IMG/VR virus record: IMGVR_UViG_3300045988_124525
Coordinates: 1-58,303 of that record
Reading direction: 5' to 3' (one strand)
Source: a virus
DNA length: 58,303 nt
The notes under the pieces were generated by a model, which did no database searches, had not been told where the DNA came from, and worked only from the letters and a program-made list of their open reading frames with translations. Positions 8,258 through 17,369 of the stretch are shown here, one piece after another. A program made the position numbers and the translations under genes. How positions within the stretch are numbered: the stretch's first letter is position 1; each line of letters begins with the position of its first letter.

Positions 8258-8941
8258 ATGGCTATAAGCGAAGTTTACAACGAGGATTGTATGGACTATA
8301 TGAGAAACATTCCTGATAAATTCTTTGATCTAGCTATCGTTGATCCACCGTATGGTATAGGAGAGGACTGGAAGAAAAGGAATAATGGGTATAAATTCAA
8401 GGATACATCCTATAAGAATAGCCCCATCAAGGATGCGTCATACTTCGATGAGTTAAAAAGAATTAGCAAGGATCAGATCATATGGGGATATAATTATTAC
8501 ACCCAATATCTAGGAAATACCAACTATTTGATTGTTTGGGATAAGATGAGCAACAATAACGATGTGTTTAAATACTCGAAATGTGAGATAGCCTACGTGT
8601 CAAAAAAAATCCCATGCAATCTTGTCTCCATTCCGTGGGATGGATATAGGATGGGACATGAGACCGGAAAGAGAAAGATACATCCACACCAAAAACCGCT
8701 CTCATTGTATTTCTGGATTTTGAAAAATTACGCCAATCCCGGTGACAAAATTTATGACTCTCATTTGGGGAGCGGAAGCAGCCGTATAGCCGCCTATAAA
8801 ATGGGTTTTGATTTTTACGCAACCGAGATAGACAAGGAATATTTCAATGCCCAAGATAAAAGGTTTAAGGAAGAATGCCTAGGTGAAATCATATTACCTA
8901 GTGGTAAAAAGATAATACAGACATCAATGTTTCAATTATAA
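8258..8941 (+). CDS. DNA methyltransferase (N6-A/N4-C, beta class)
   Basis: Motif IV DPPYGIG near the N-terminus and motif I DSHLGSGSS near the C-terminus. Confidence 0.9.
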   Translation: MAISEVYNEDCMDYMRNIPDKFFDLAIVDPPYGIGEDWKKRNNGYKFKDTSYKNSPIKDASYFDELKRISKDQIIWGYNYYTQYLGNTNYLIVWDKMSNNNDVFKYSKCEIAYVSKKIPCNLVSIPWDGYRMGHETGKRKIHPHQKPLSLYFWILKNYANPGDKIYDSHLGSGSSRIAAYKMGFDFYATEIDKEYFNAQDKRFKEECLGEIILPSGKKIIQTSMFQL

Positions 8942-8952
8942 ATAAAACGATC

Positions 8953-9204
8953 ATGAAAATGGAAAAAGAAACTATAAAGAACAAAGTATTTGAGATCATT
9001 GAGAGTAAACGTTATCACAAAGGTCAGCCACTTACGATGGAATCCAAGCTGGAGGATGATCTATGGATGGACAGTCTTGACGAGATAGAGTTATTAATGG
9101 AATTAGAGAAAGAGTTTGGCATATCGATCCCTGATGATGATCCCGGACGATGCCTTACCGTAAAGGACGTTGTTGATTATATAATCCGGAGGATGAAAGA
9201 ATGA
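8953..9204 (+). CDS. Acyl carrier protein homologue
   Basis: LEDDLWMDSLDEIELLMELEKEFGISIPDDD...TVKDVVDYI aligns with the ACP helix II region, including the DSL phosphopantetheine-attachment serine. Confidence 0.7.
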   Translation: MKMEKETIKNKVFEIIESKRYHKGQPLTMESKLEDDLWMDSLDEIELLMELEKEFGISIPDDDPGRCLTVKDVVDYIIRRMKE

Positions 9205-9848
9205 GACAATACAACGATTGGGAAGAGATCGACAAGGACACGAACGGCCTTGTCACCTCGCTAACATACATGGTACTTTTCGTTAACGACCAAGCGTATA
9301 ACTACACGGTATCGCTCATGGAGGCCATTAGGAATAGCGAGCACTACAGGCATAACGCCAAACGGACGGCCAACGCTATCGAAAAAGAGATAGACGCTTA
9401 TAACACGAACATCTTCCGGATAGCCAAGGCCAATAAGGAGGCGTTCGCCGAGATAACGCAAAGCATGGAGGAGGACGTACAGCCTCATATTGAGAGGTAT
9501 TATTACACGATCAGCCAGATATTGCTGGATCACGGGGTATCGGGCTCATCTAACCGGATCGCATCCCTGTCATCCACGATAAACATGCTGGCGCAGATGT
9601 CTAGGATCACGATAAGCGATTTCGGCGACAGGATGCGGGGGATCGTCCCGTTGGCGTACAATCCCCTTTCCTATCTGGCACTGGACAAGGTGGAGTACCT
9701 GAGCGATCGGTTATCAAGTGAGGTCACGGGGAAGGACGTGAGAATAAACTTAAATGAGCAGCCCGGGATCGTGAAGGCGTTCACGGCGATAACGAACGCT
9801 ATACTTAGGCCGGAGGTCTTTGAGAAGGCTTTTGACAGGGCGGGATAA
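9201..9848 (+). CDS. Hypothetical protein
   Basis: 215-aa ORF with an ATGA overlap onto the ACP-like gene. Confidence 0.6.
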   Translation: MRQYNDWEEIDKDTNGLVTSLTYMVLFVNDQAYNYTVSLMEAIRNSEHYRHNAKRTANAIEKEIDAYNTNIFRIAKANKEAFAEITQSMEEDVQPHIERYYYTISQILLDHGVSGSSNRIASLSSTINMLAQMSRITISDFGDRMRGIVPLAYNPLSYLALDKVEYLSDRLSSEVTGKDVRINLNEQPGIVKAFTAITNAILRPEVFEKAFDRAG

Positions 9849-9865
9849 TTTTTCAAGGATTTTAT

Positions 9866-9896
9866 TTGGCGTTTTGGAAAGAAGTGGTACATTTGC
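9866..9896 (+). promoter_or_regulatory. Bacteroidota-type promoter
   Basis: TTTG (9866-9869) - 19 nt - TAcaTTTG (9889-9896). Confidence 0.6.
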
Positions 9897-9927
9897 AGCG
9901 AACTTCATACACATAGGCAAGCGGAAG

Positions 9928-9954
9928 CCTGCCATATATAGCGGGCATTTTTTA
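9928..9954 (+). terminator. Intrinsic terminator / attenuator in the antirepressor leader
   Basis: gcctgc-catatata-gcgggc followed by attttttat. Its 5' arm is shared with an upstream GGAA-capped hairpin (9917-9934). Confidence 0.55.
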
Positions 9955-10131
9955 TGCTTGTAAGATCGTTGCATCTATATGATATAGCGGTTGTTTCTCC
10001 CGTGTGGAGCGTTAATGCGCCCACTGCCTATGTGGTGAAGTTCAACGGGTCGGAAGCAACCGCTTTTCGCTTGCCCTGCTAAATAGGGATGCAGCACAAA
10101 ACTTTCCTGTAATGCCTAAAGAACTTCAAAA

Positions 10132-10932
10132 ATGGCAGAAATTACAACAAACGTAGGGGCGTTAATCCCCATTAATGAGAGTAATGGCAAGAAAGCCGTT
10201 AGCGCAAGAGCTTTGTACGACTTTTTAGGTTGTACAGAAAGATTCCAGTCTTGGTTTGATCGGCAACTACAGTACGGTTTCGACGAAAACAAGGACTATG
10301 TAGGGTGTAAAGTATTTAACACCCTTGCGAATCAAGAACTTCAAGATTACGCAATGACATTAAGCATGGCGAAAGAAGTATCAATGATCCAAAGAAGCGA
10401 GAAAGGGAAGCAAGCCCGCCGTTACTTCATCGCTTGCGAGGAAAGACTGAAAGAAAGCAAATCAATTAGCCAATCCAGACCATCGTCCGTCACCCCGACA
10501 AAAGTCCGTGCCGGAATCGAATGGGTGAAAGGCGTAAGTGAGATGCTGAACCTCAATGACGTTTCCAAGTTGTCATTACTGGAGAAGGTAGCCACGCCAC
10601 TTGGATTGCCATTGCCCGATTACGTGCCGTCAAAAGGAGTGATGAAGTCGGCTACCGATCTACTCAACGAGAAAGGTTACAAGGTATCACGGAATCAATT
10701 CTACAAAAGGGCTATCGAGCTAGGATATATCGAACGTATATCACGTAAATCATCTAAAGGCAAGATCAAATATTTCAACTCCATATCCAAGAAAGGACTC
10801 GAATACGGAGAGAATCAGATAAACAAGAACAACCCGAAGGAAACTCAACCGGAGTGGTATGTGGACAAATTCGATTCTCTTATGCTAGTATTGGGATTTT
10901 CAAAGATGGAGGAGTTGAACTATGCAGGCTAA
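10132..10932 (+). CDS. AntA/AntB-type phage antirepressor
   Basis: IPINESNGKKAVSARALYDFLGCTERFQSWFDRQLQYGFDENKDY resembles the AntA N-terminal domain. Confidence 0.65.
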   Translation: MAEITTNVGALIPINESNGKKAVSARALYDFLGCTERFQSWFDRQLQYGFDENKDYVGCKVFNTLANQELQDYAMTLSMAKEVSMIQRSEKGKQARRYFIACEERLKESKSISQSRPSSVTPTKVRAGIEWVKGVSEMLNLNDVSKLSLLEKVATPLGLPLPDYVPSKGVMKSATDLLNEKGYKVSRNQFYKRAIELGYIERISRKSSKGKIKYFNSISKKGLEYGENQINKNNPKETQPEWYVDKFDSLMLVLGFSKMEELNYAG

Positions 10933-11128
10933 AGAATACGATTTCACGTCCTTCAACGAGTTCATTAACAAGGTTATCAATCCATCGGAAATGTGCGAAC
11001 AATTGACAGACCTTGTATTCAATTACTCATGGTGCATCAACGAGGAAACGGTGGATCGTTTCAAGGACGATATCGCCACGATCTATATGTTGCTAGGGGA
11101 GTTCAAGAAACTCGCAGAGCAGAACTAA
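10922..11128 (+). CDS. Hypothetical protein
   Basis: 68-aa ORF overlapping the antirepressor stop. Confidence 0.45.
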   Translation: MQAKEYDFTSFNEFINKVINPSEMCEQLTDLVFNYSWCINEETVDRFKDDIATIYMLLGEFKKLAEQN

Positions 11129-11188
11129 TACTTACCCGGGGTATTCCGTCCAAGGGATACCCCCTTAAATCAACAGGAGAAAATTAGC

Positions 11189-11338
11189 ATGAGAAATAAA
11201 GAACTAATCGCTCTATTACAAGAGCAAGACCCGGAAGCGGAGGTAATGATCCGCACGTCCGATGGAGAGTATGAGTACGATCCGGTGGATGTAACATGGG
11301 ACGAAGAGATAGAATGCACAATTATTCAGGAGGGGTAA
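11189..11338 (+). CDS. Hypothetical small acidic protein (49 aa)
   Basis: MRNKELIALLQEQDPEAEVMIRTSDGEYEYDPVDVTWDEEIECTIIQEG*. Confidence 0.35.
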   Translation: MRNKELIALLQEQDPEAEVMIRTSDGEYEYDPVDVTWDEEIECTIIQEG

Positions 11339-11340
11339 AT

Positions 11341-11937
11341 ATGAAAAATGAAACAAAAATCCTCAATTTATTTGTCGGTAACGACAAGTATAGACCAGCA
11401 TTAAACCAAGCGTTCAAGCAAGGGGACATGGTATGTGCCACTGACGCTATCACGCTTATAACAATACCTATATCCTTGATAGGTCTTAGGTATCCGTATC
11501 AAGACAAGCCAGATGTATCATCTGTGTTGAATATAAGGAAAGAATGCCATGAGATCATAGAATTGTCTTGGTTGAAGGAATTGTACGATGACGTTCCGAT
11601 GATAAATGAAACGTATAAGTGCGATGCTTGCGCAGGTACCGGGATGGTTGATTATGAGTTTTGTTTTGATGATATAATCTATACAGAAGAGGAGGAATGC
11701 CCCGTATGTCGTGGAAATGGTCATTTAGGCGAGACTGAGGAAATGATAAAAGATCCCCAATATGACATTGACATACACGGGAATCCTTTTAAATCCGGGC
11801 GTGTGCTTAAAATGATAAATCTCATGAAGCTTATTGATATCACCTCTTGTGTTCTTGTTTCGAACCCTTCATCTGAACCTAACCTGTTTAGGTTCGAGAA
11901 TGGGATAAATGTAATATTAATGCCAAGTTTTAGATGA
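11341..11937 (+). CDS. Hypothetical protein with two CxxCxGxG zinc knuckles
   Basis: MKNETKILNLF... is the likely start. CDACAGTG and CPVCRGNG motifs. The ends (YRPALNQAF..CATDA and NVILMPSFR) are faintly sliding-clamp-like. Confidence 0.55.
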   Translation: MKNETKILNLFVGNDKYRPALNQAFKQGDMVCATDAITLITIPISLIGLRYPYQDKPDVSSVLNIRKECHEIIELSWLKELYDDVPMINETYKCDACAGTGMVDYEFCFDDIIYTEEEECPVCRGNGHLGETEEMIKDPQYDIDIHGNPFKSGRVLKMINLMKLIDITSCVLVSNPSSEPNLFRFENGINVILMPSFR

Positions 11938-11938
11938 T

Positions 11939-12355
11939 ATGAATCAGATTTGCACGAATAAAGAACAATCATCCCGGCTATTAGAGGCCGGGGTGAACCC
12001 GAAGACGGCGGACATGTATCTTGACGAGTTCGAATGTCCGGTCGCATTTGAATATAGAAGGATTGAAGGGCACGTGGGTCAAGATATGGCATTCCCGGCT
12101 TGGTCTCTATCGGCTTTAATAGACATGATGCCAAAATCGTACCAAGACGATATAGACGGAATGATTTATTACCTATCCGGAAATTTCGTTGAACTCATGT
12201 ACGCATCGGACAAGATCGAGGATGAGGAAGGCGACAAGACTTATACTTGCGCAAACTCCTTCAACAAGGAGAACTTGATGGACAATGTGATTGACGCTAT
12301 AGAGTGGCTCATCAAGAGAGGTCACTTGAATAAGAAATTCCTAACAGATAAATAA
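11939..12355 (+). CDS. Hypothetical protein
   Basis: 138-aa ORF, operon context. Confidence 0.55.
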   Translation: MNQICTNKEQSSRLLEAGVNPKTADMYLDEFECPVAFEYRRIEGHVGQDMAFPAWSLSALIDMMPKSYQDDIDGMIYYLSGNFVELMYASDKIEDEEGDKTYTCANSFNKENLMDNVIDAIEWLIKRGHLNKKFLTDK

Positions 12356-12357
12356 AT

Positions 12358-12552
12358 ATGAGCAAAGAATATAGAGTCGTAAGATACTTCGATGGTTATC
12401 CCGAATACACCATGTGTAAATGTGATACAATCGAAGAAGCGAGAGTTAAGCGCAAAGAGCATAACGATAAAGAGAACAAGCCTTATATCAGTTATCATAT
12501 ATTGGTAGATGGCGATGAGAAATTTAGTGGTAAATCCTATAGAACTGAATGA
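12358..12552 (+). CDS. Hypothetical protein
   Basis: 64-aa ORF, operon context. Confidence 0.45.
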   Translation: MSKEYRVVRYFDGYPEYTMCKCDTIEEARVKRKEHNDKENKPYISYHILVDGDEKFSGKSYRTE

Positions 12553-12974
12553 TTATGAATGAACAGGTATTATCAGTAGAACAAATGCAACACCTTATTA
12601 AATTAGGTATTGACGTGAGCAGTGCAAGCATGAAGTTTATAAGCACCCGGCCAAGTTGTGATTATAGCGAAGATGATGAAATCGAGTTTATACCAGTCTG
12701 TGTTAATTTTTATGCTAAACAGTATAATGAGAGTGGCAAGACATTTACCTTGCAAGATATGTTGGCTCTCATGCCAAAACAGATAGATGACTATACATTG
12801 AATTGGTACATATCAGAAATGATTTTCAGATATGATAAAATTGATTTATTTGGTAAGTTTGAGGTGTTAGAGGATTTATCGTTCTATTTCAACGAGAATG
12901 TAACAATCTTAAATGTAGCCTATGGTATGCTCTGTAAGCTTGCGGAATGTGGATATTTAAACAATAAGCATTAA
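12549..12974 (+). CDS. Hypothetical protein
   Basis: 141-aa ORF with an ATGA overlap onto the previous ORF. Confidence 0.5.
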   Translation: MIMNEQVLSVEQMQHLIKLGIDVSSASMKFISTRPSCDYSEDDEIEFIPVCVNFYAKQYNESGKTFTLQDMLALMPKQIDDYTLNWYISEMIFRYDKIDLFGKFEVLEDLSFYFNENVTILNVAYGMLCKLAECGYLNNKH

Positions 12975-12976
12975 CA

Positions 12977-13324
12977 ATGGAAAGAGATATTGATAAGAGA
13001 CAGACGGTAGAAGAAGCGGCTCATTTCTTCGCTGAAAGCAGGAGTAGCGGTAGTGCATTCCCGGCGTATTATCAGGGATTTATAGCCGGTGCCGAATGGC
13101 AGGCAAAGCAATTCCCGTGGATAAGCACAAAAGATAAGTTACCTGATGATGAAGATCTGGTAATAACTGGCTGCTGGTGTACTGATTATTTTAAATACTT
13201 ACAACAGGGTTGGTATTGCAGAGAATGTAATGAATGGTATGATATTAATGGTGATAAAATTTGTGTTACCCATTGGATGCCTATACTCGATCTGAGGAAT
13301 AGTATTAACCGAGCCTTCTCATGA
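12977..13324 (+). CDS. DUF551-like phage protein
   Basis: WISTKDKLPDDEDLVI...THWMPI resembles the DUF551 pattern. Confidence 0.45.
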   Translation: MERDIDKRQTVEEAAHFFAESRSSGSAFPAYYQGFIAGAEWQAKQFPWISTKDKLPDDEDLVITGCWCTDYFKYLQQGWYCRECNEWYDINGDKICVTHWMPILDLRNSINRAFS

Positions 13325-13352
13325 AGGCTCATAATTAAAGAATAATGAATTT

Positions 13353-13631
13353 ATGGTATTATCACATGAAACAGTCAACGCCTACAAGGAACTGTTGACA
13401 AATCCCCAAAAACATGGCTTACAATTTAAGCCATTGCATGAATGTTTTGAAGAAATAGAAGAAGTAACCCCCAAACATTTATTGTTTGAAGACTTCGCAA
13501 ATTACCTTCAAAAGCCTTTGCCCAAAGTGGTATTTTATATCATAATGGATGAATTGTACTCTCATCTGATAGATAAGGATGAGAAAACGAAAGATTTAGG
13601 ATATAGATTGAAATTGATAGCAAAACAGTAA
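13353..13631 (+). CDS. Hypothetical protein
   Basis: 92-aa ORF. Confidence 0.5.
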   Translation: MVLSHETVNAYKELLTNPQKHGLQFKPLHECFEEIEEVTPKHLLFEDFANYLQKPLPKVVFYIIMDELYSHLIDKDEKTKDLGYRLKLIAKQ

Positions 13632-13637
13632 GAAATC

Positions 13638-13955
13638 ATGGAAGAAAACAAAGAAAAATCGATCAAACTAGCTATAGAAGCTATGAGGCCCTTACCGGTA
13701 AACTCTTTCGCCGGATATTGCAGCGTAGGCGATGATCGGTCTCCGGAAGAGAAGCATAAAGATGATATGAGATTCTGCAAGGAGTTTAATGAGCTTCAAT
13801 CGGATATGCTCATAACCTTGGCCAGCAAGATAGAGGCATTTTTAGATGCCCAAAGAAAAGACTCTGTAGAATCAGTGAATATCAATCATCCTACAGTTTT
13901 CCCGGACGGGAGAAATTGTTGCGTACCACCATATATCGATCGCATGAGCCAATAG
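13638..13955 (+). CDS. Hypothetical protein
   Basis: 105-aa ORF. Confidence 0.5.
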   Translation: MEENKEKSIKLAIEAMRPLPVNSFAGYCSVGDDRSPEEKHKDDMRFCKEFNELQSDMLITLASKIEAFLDAQRKDSVESVNINHPTVFPDGRNCCVPPYIDRMSQ

Positions 13956-14147
13956 GCATCCAAGCCTTTTGATGATATTGATAAAAATTTAAAGGATATG
14001 GGGAACGATGCGAAACGAAAAGACTCGTATGCGATATCATGCCAACGCAAGATATTCCTTTCGTCCGAGAAACAACATAAACAACTTAATATATTCGTGA
14101 GACATAAAAACTTTTACTCAAACAACTATAATTTAACCTCTAATAAT

Positions 14148-14360
14148 ATGTGCGTACTTATTTACGACGGGGATGTAGAAATACAATCCCCTAAACAACT
14201 AGAGGATCATTTCCCGCAAATCACGAAAATGATCCCAGCGGAAGGGTATGACAATATCATACCGGAATCTTGCCTGTGCCAAGTGGACATAGAGAATACT
14301 CTTGATAGTGCCGGAATAAAGTATATTGAAGATTGCGGGGACTATATAATCATTAAATAA
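14148..14360 (+). CDS. Hypothetical protein
   Basis: Internal ATG (MCVLIYDGDVEIQ...) of ORF 13998..14360. The upstream part is low-complexity. Confidence 0.35.
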   Translation: MCVLIYDGDVEIQSPKQLEDHFPQITKMIPAEGYDNIIPESCLCQVDIENTLDSAGIKYIEDCGDYIIIK

Positions 14361-14464
14361 TAAATAAATTGAAATCATGAGATTAAGACACGCCAGCATA
14401 TGTATTGGACGGAGGCCGGGAAGAAGTTCATCCTTGATTTGTATAACCTTAAAATTTCAGTCTA

Positions 14465-15289
14465 ATGAGAGATAAACCTTTTTATGAGCTGTTATCACGC
14501 ATAGATGAAGACAGTTTATTGGCCAACTTTTTCAATAAGGTGTTAGGGAATTTGGATATGGCGAGAATCATATCCGCACCCCGTACTTTTCGTCATAAAG
14601 ATGATGAAAATAGCCGATATTGCATTGATCTTTTTTATGATACATGCTTGTGGGAAATGTATCTTCATCAATTCATATACAAGCTGAATGGATGGATAAA
14701 AACACTGGATGAATACCTGACAGAGTTTGGTGGGAGCTGGAAATATTACGCTTCCTCGAAACGTGTCGAGAGCGTTAATGAATATGGCGGCGATGACGAT
14801 GACTATAACGAGGATGGAAGCGTGAAAGTCATGGATATTCCCAATGACAGGCTTGAGCCTTACTCAGTCATAAGGGAGTTGGTCTGTGATGATTGGATAG
14901 ATATAGTTCAAGAGACCATCCCGAAAGATTTGGAGAGGCTATACGGATGCCTACAAGCAGAGGCTAATTTATCCATAGCGGATTTTTTCAAGGACAAAAT
15001 GGGAGTTGATATACCTATGTATCAAAAAGATGACAATGGCAATATGGTTAAGATGGGATTCGCAGACAAAGTATTGCATAAAGCCGCTGAACAAAACAAT
15101 TCAGAGGTCATGGGATCGTATGTATTGTTGGCATGCTATTGTATGCATGATCTTGTCTCCGCCATAAAATCGTTAAATCCATTTGAAGACAACGTGGAGG
15201 CATTGACTAGCGTAAGGAATGACTCAGTGCGGTTTCTATCCATGTCCTTTAGTAATATGGATGTCGTAAAAAAATACATGTCATCATAA
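14465..15289 (+). CDS. Hypothetical protein
   Basis: 274-aa ORF, the last gene of the plus-strand arm. Confidence 0.6.
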   Translation: MRDKPFYELLSRIDEDSLLANFFNKVLGNLDMARIISAPRTFRHKDDENSRYCIDLFYDTCLWEMYLHQFIYKLNGWIKTLDEYLTEFGGSWKYYASSKRVESVNEYGGDDDDYNEDGSVKVMDIPNDRLEPYSVIRELVCDDWIDIVQETIPKDLERLYGCLQAEANLSIADFFKDKMGVDIPMYQKDDNGNMVKMGFADKVLHKAAEQNNSEVMGSYVLLACYCMHDLVSAIKSLNPFEDNVEALTSVRNDSVRFLSMSFSNMDVVKKYMSS

Positions 15290-15350
15290 CAGGCACATCA
15301 AGTGCCTAATCCGAGCCATCACCTCATAGAAGTTGACAGGCTCGAAATCC

Positions 15351-15394
15351 AAGGAATCCGCAAGACGGTCTATCTCCCGTCTTGCGGATTCCTT
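15351..15394. terminator. Bidirectional terminator hairpin between the convergent arms
   Basis: Perfect 18-bp inverted repeat aaggaatccgcaagacgg / ccgtcttgcggattcctt with an 8-nt loop. Confidence 0.75.
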
Positions 15395-15422
15395 CTTTGC
15401 GTGTCCTTTATTTTTGGTTTTC

Positions 15423-15914
15423 TTAGTCATCCATGGCACACATATAAATCCAGACCTTGCCTTCCGGAGCGTCATCATCCATGAAGTAGAAATTAATAGC
15501 ATCCTCGATGATCTTTTTCTCAGCGTCCGGGCCGAACCATTCCGTGAACTTTACTTCCTTGTCGTGCCACGCTGAATTTAGCGCAACGTAAACATCCCAA
15601 ATATTAGCGTTGCCCGGTACGCTCATGCCTTTAGCGACGGCGGTTACTTGCTGGATGTTCCAGTGCTCACCCTTATCCTCCCCCGACTTGCCTTTATGGT
15701 GCATTGCCGCCACGTCCATCTTAGCGAAATGCTCATTATAATGAGGACCGCAAAAAACCTCATGTATATCACGTATGGCCTCGTCATACTTCTCGGGATC
15801 TTTTTCCTTTAGACACTCCATCGCCTCGTCCAGCTCTCCTATGGCCTCCCACATCTTTTTTTCGGATACCATCCCTTTTGAGTGGTAATCCTTCATCAGT
15901 TCTTTGTAACGCAT
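15423..15914 (-). CDS. Hypothetical protein
   Basis: 163-aa ORF, the last gene of the minus-strand arm. Confidence 0.6.
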   Translation of the reverse strand: MRYKELMKDYHSKGMVSEKKMWEAIGELDEAMECLKEKDPEKYDEAIRDIHEVFCGPHYNEHFAKMDVAAMHHKGKSGEDKGEHWNIQQVTAVAKGMSVPGNANIWDVYVALNSAWHDKEVKFTEWFGPDAEKKIIEDAINFYFMDDDAPEGKVWIYMCAMDD

Positions 15915-15940
15915 GATCTTGCATTTTAAACATTAATGAA

Positions 15941-16357
15941 TCAAGCGCCGGGAGCCGCTGGAAAGGTAGCGGAAATAGTCAATGGGGTAGCCAAACTTAC
16001 ACCGTAGGCACGGTTACAACACTTGACGTTCTCGGGCGTGACTTGGGTGACGAGAGGGGTAAGAGATATCGTGGGAACAGCGCCAGCGGCCCCGATAAAA
16101 GCTACCTTGAATTGCTCGACCCATTGCTTGGTAACCGTCCTGCAGGATCCCTTGGGCGTATAAGCCACAAGTACGGCGGCATTGATCGTAACCGTCGTTT
16201 GCGTATTCACCGTACTTTGCTCGGCGACGGTGAAATTGACTATGCCGGTAGGCTGTACGCCATTGTCTGCGCAATAGGCCTGACATAAATTCTCCACTAC
16301 ATTAGTCAAGTATTGTTGGCTGGTAGCGGCGATCGCAATTGGTGTTAATTGAATCAT
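15941..16357 (-). CDS. Hypothetical protein (Thr/Val/Ala-rich, Cys-containing)
   Basis: 138-aa ORF in a locally GC-rich segment. The overlapping ORFs at 16014-16288 look spurious. Confidence 0.55.
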   Translation of the reverse strand: MIQLTPIAIAATSQQYLTNVVENLCQAYCADNGVQPTGIVNFTVAEQSTVNTQTTVTINAAVLVAYTPKGSCRTVTKQWVEQFKVAFIGAAGAVPTISLTPLVTQVTPENVKCCNRAYGVSLATPLTISATFPAAPGA

Positions 16358-16379
16358 GATCGTAATTATTATTGATTAT

Positions 16380-16850
16380 TTATTTATCCACATCATCACC
16401 TTGTGGAATAGGTTCCTCTGTCAATACCTCGTATGAGCCGGTCTTTTCCGGGACCGGAAGATTGTAACGCAACAACGTCCTTAGTTCCTCCAAGTCATCG
16501 GTCTCGAACTCGACCTTTCCCTCAAACAGGGAAAGCCCGCCGTTTCTTATAGCGTCCTCCACCACCTTGTGCGCCAACTCCGGGATAGCCTCATCGGGGA
16601 TGCCTTGAAGGTACCGAGCCAACATCGGCTCAACTAATGAGGATGACAATCCGTCTAGCAATGGGGATATCTCCTTGGATATGCTCCACATGGGACTTAC
16701 CCAACCCGTGGAGCGTAACTTAGCGTCTATGTTCGCTATGAAAGGAAGTTGTCCCAACCGAGTTCCCAAGAGACCTTGGATAGCGGGCTGTGCCCACTTA
16801 TTGAGCACAGCCGCCAGTTTTTGAGCGTTAGAGTACATGGTCATCATCAA
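16380..16850 (-). CDS. Hypothetical protein
   Basis: 156-aa ORF with a 4-nt overlap onto the upstream gene. Confidence 0.55.
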   Translation of the reverse strand: MMMTMYSNAQKLAAVLNKWAQPAIQGLLGTRLGQLPFIANIDAKLRSTGWVSPMWSISKEISPLLDGLSSSLVEPMLARYLQGIPDEAIPELAHKVVEDAIRNGGLSLFEGKVEFETDDLEELRTLLRYNLPVPEKTGSYEVLTEEPIPQGDDVDK

Positions 16851-17347
16851 TTACATCCGCAACATCCCGTATCACAAACCTTACGCTGCGGGATCACCAA
16901 CTCGCTCAATGCCGCTAGATCCGCGATCTGCTGTTGCATGCATTTCAATGTAGCGGTGTTAGTCCCATTGTAAACGGCTTGGTTCATGTTAATTGAGGCT
17001 TGTTCCTCCTTGTTCCTGTTGATGATTGTCAACAAGCGGTCATAAACATCCGCCAACTTTTGGTCAGTGTAAGTGTTGGATTTCAACAAGGCGATCTCAG
17101 AGTCCTTAGCGGAAATCTTATCCATCATCCCAGCCTCATAGCGGGAAATAGGCCTGTCTTCGGATGTGATTACCTCAACCGGACCGCCATATCCAGCGTT
17201 CCTTACGTTGCCACAACCACCCAAAAGATTCCCGGCGTTCAATCCCAAGAAAGAAGCGATACCTGCGGAAGCTCCCACGGTGTTGTAATTACCTTGGCCT
17301 TGCCCGGTGACACTGTACTCCTCACCATTCATTCCTTTAATTCTCAT
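16847..17347 (-). CDS. Hypothetical protein (Gly-rich N-terminus, coiled coil, C-terminal CDTGCCGCN)
   Basis: 166-aa ORF, first gene of a four-gene cassette. Confidence 0.55.
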   Translation of the reverse strand: MRIKGMNGEEYSVTGQGQGNYNTVGASAGIASFLGLNAGNLLGGCGNVRNAGYGGPVEVITSEDRPISRYEAGMMDKISAKDSEIALLKSNTYTDQKLADVYDRLLTIINRNKEEQASINMNQAVYNGTNTATLKCMQQQIADLAALSELVIPQRKVCDTGCCGCN

Positions 17348-17369
17348 AACCTAGATTTTTTAATGATCA

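Noticed and set aside
16014-16288. Two ORFs (minus 16014..16286, plus 16043..16288) overlapping 15941..16357
   Set aside because: They are Arg-rich frames typical of spurious ORFs in a locally GC-rich segment. The 138-aa frame fits the operon spacing.
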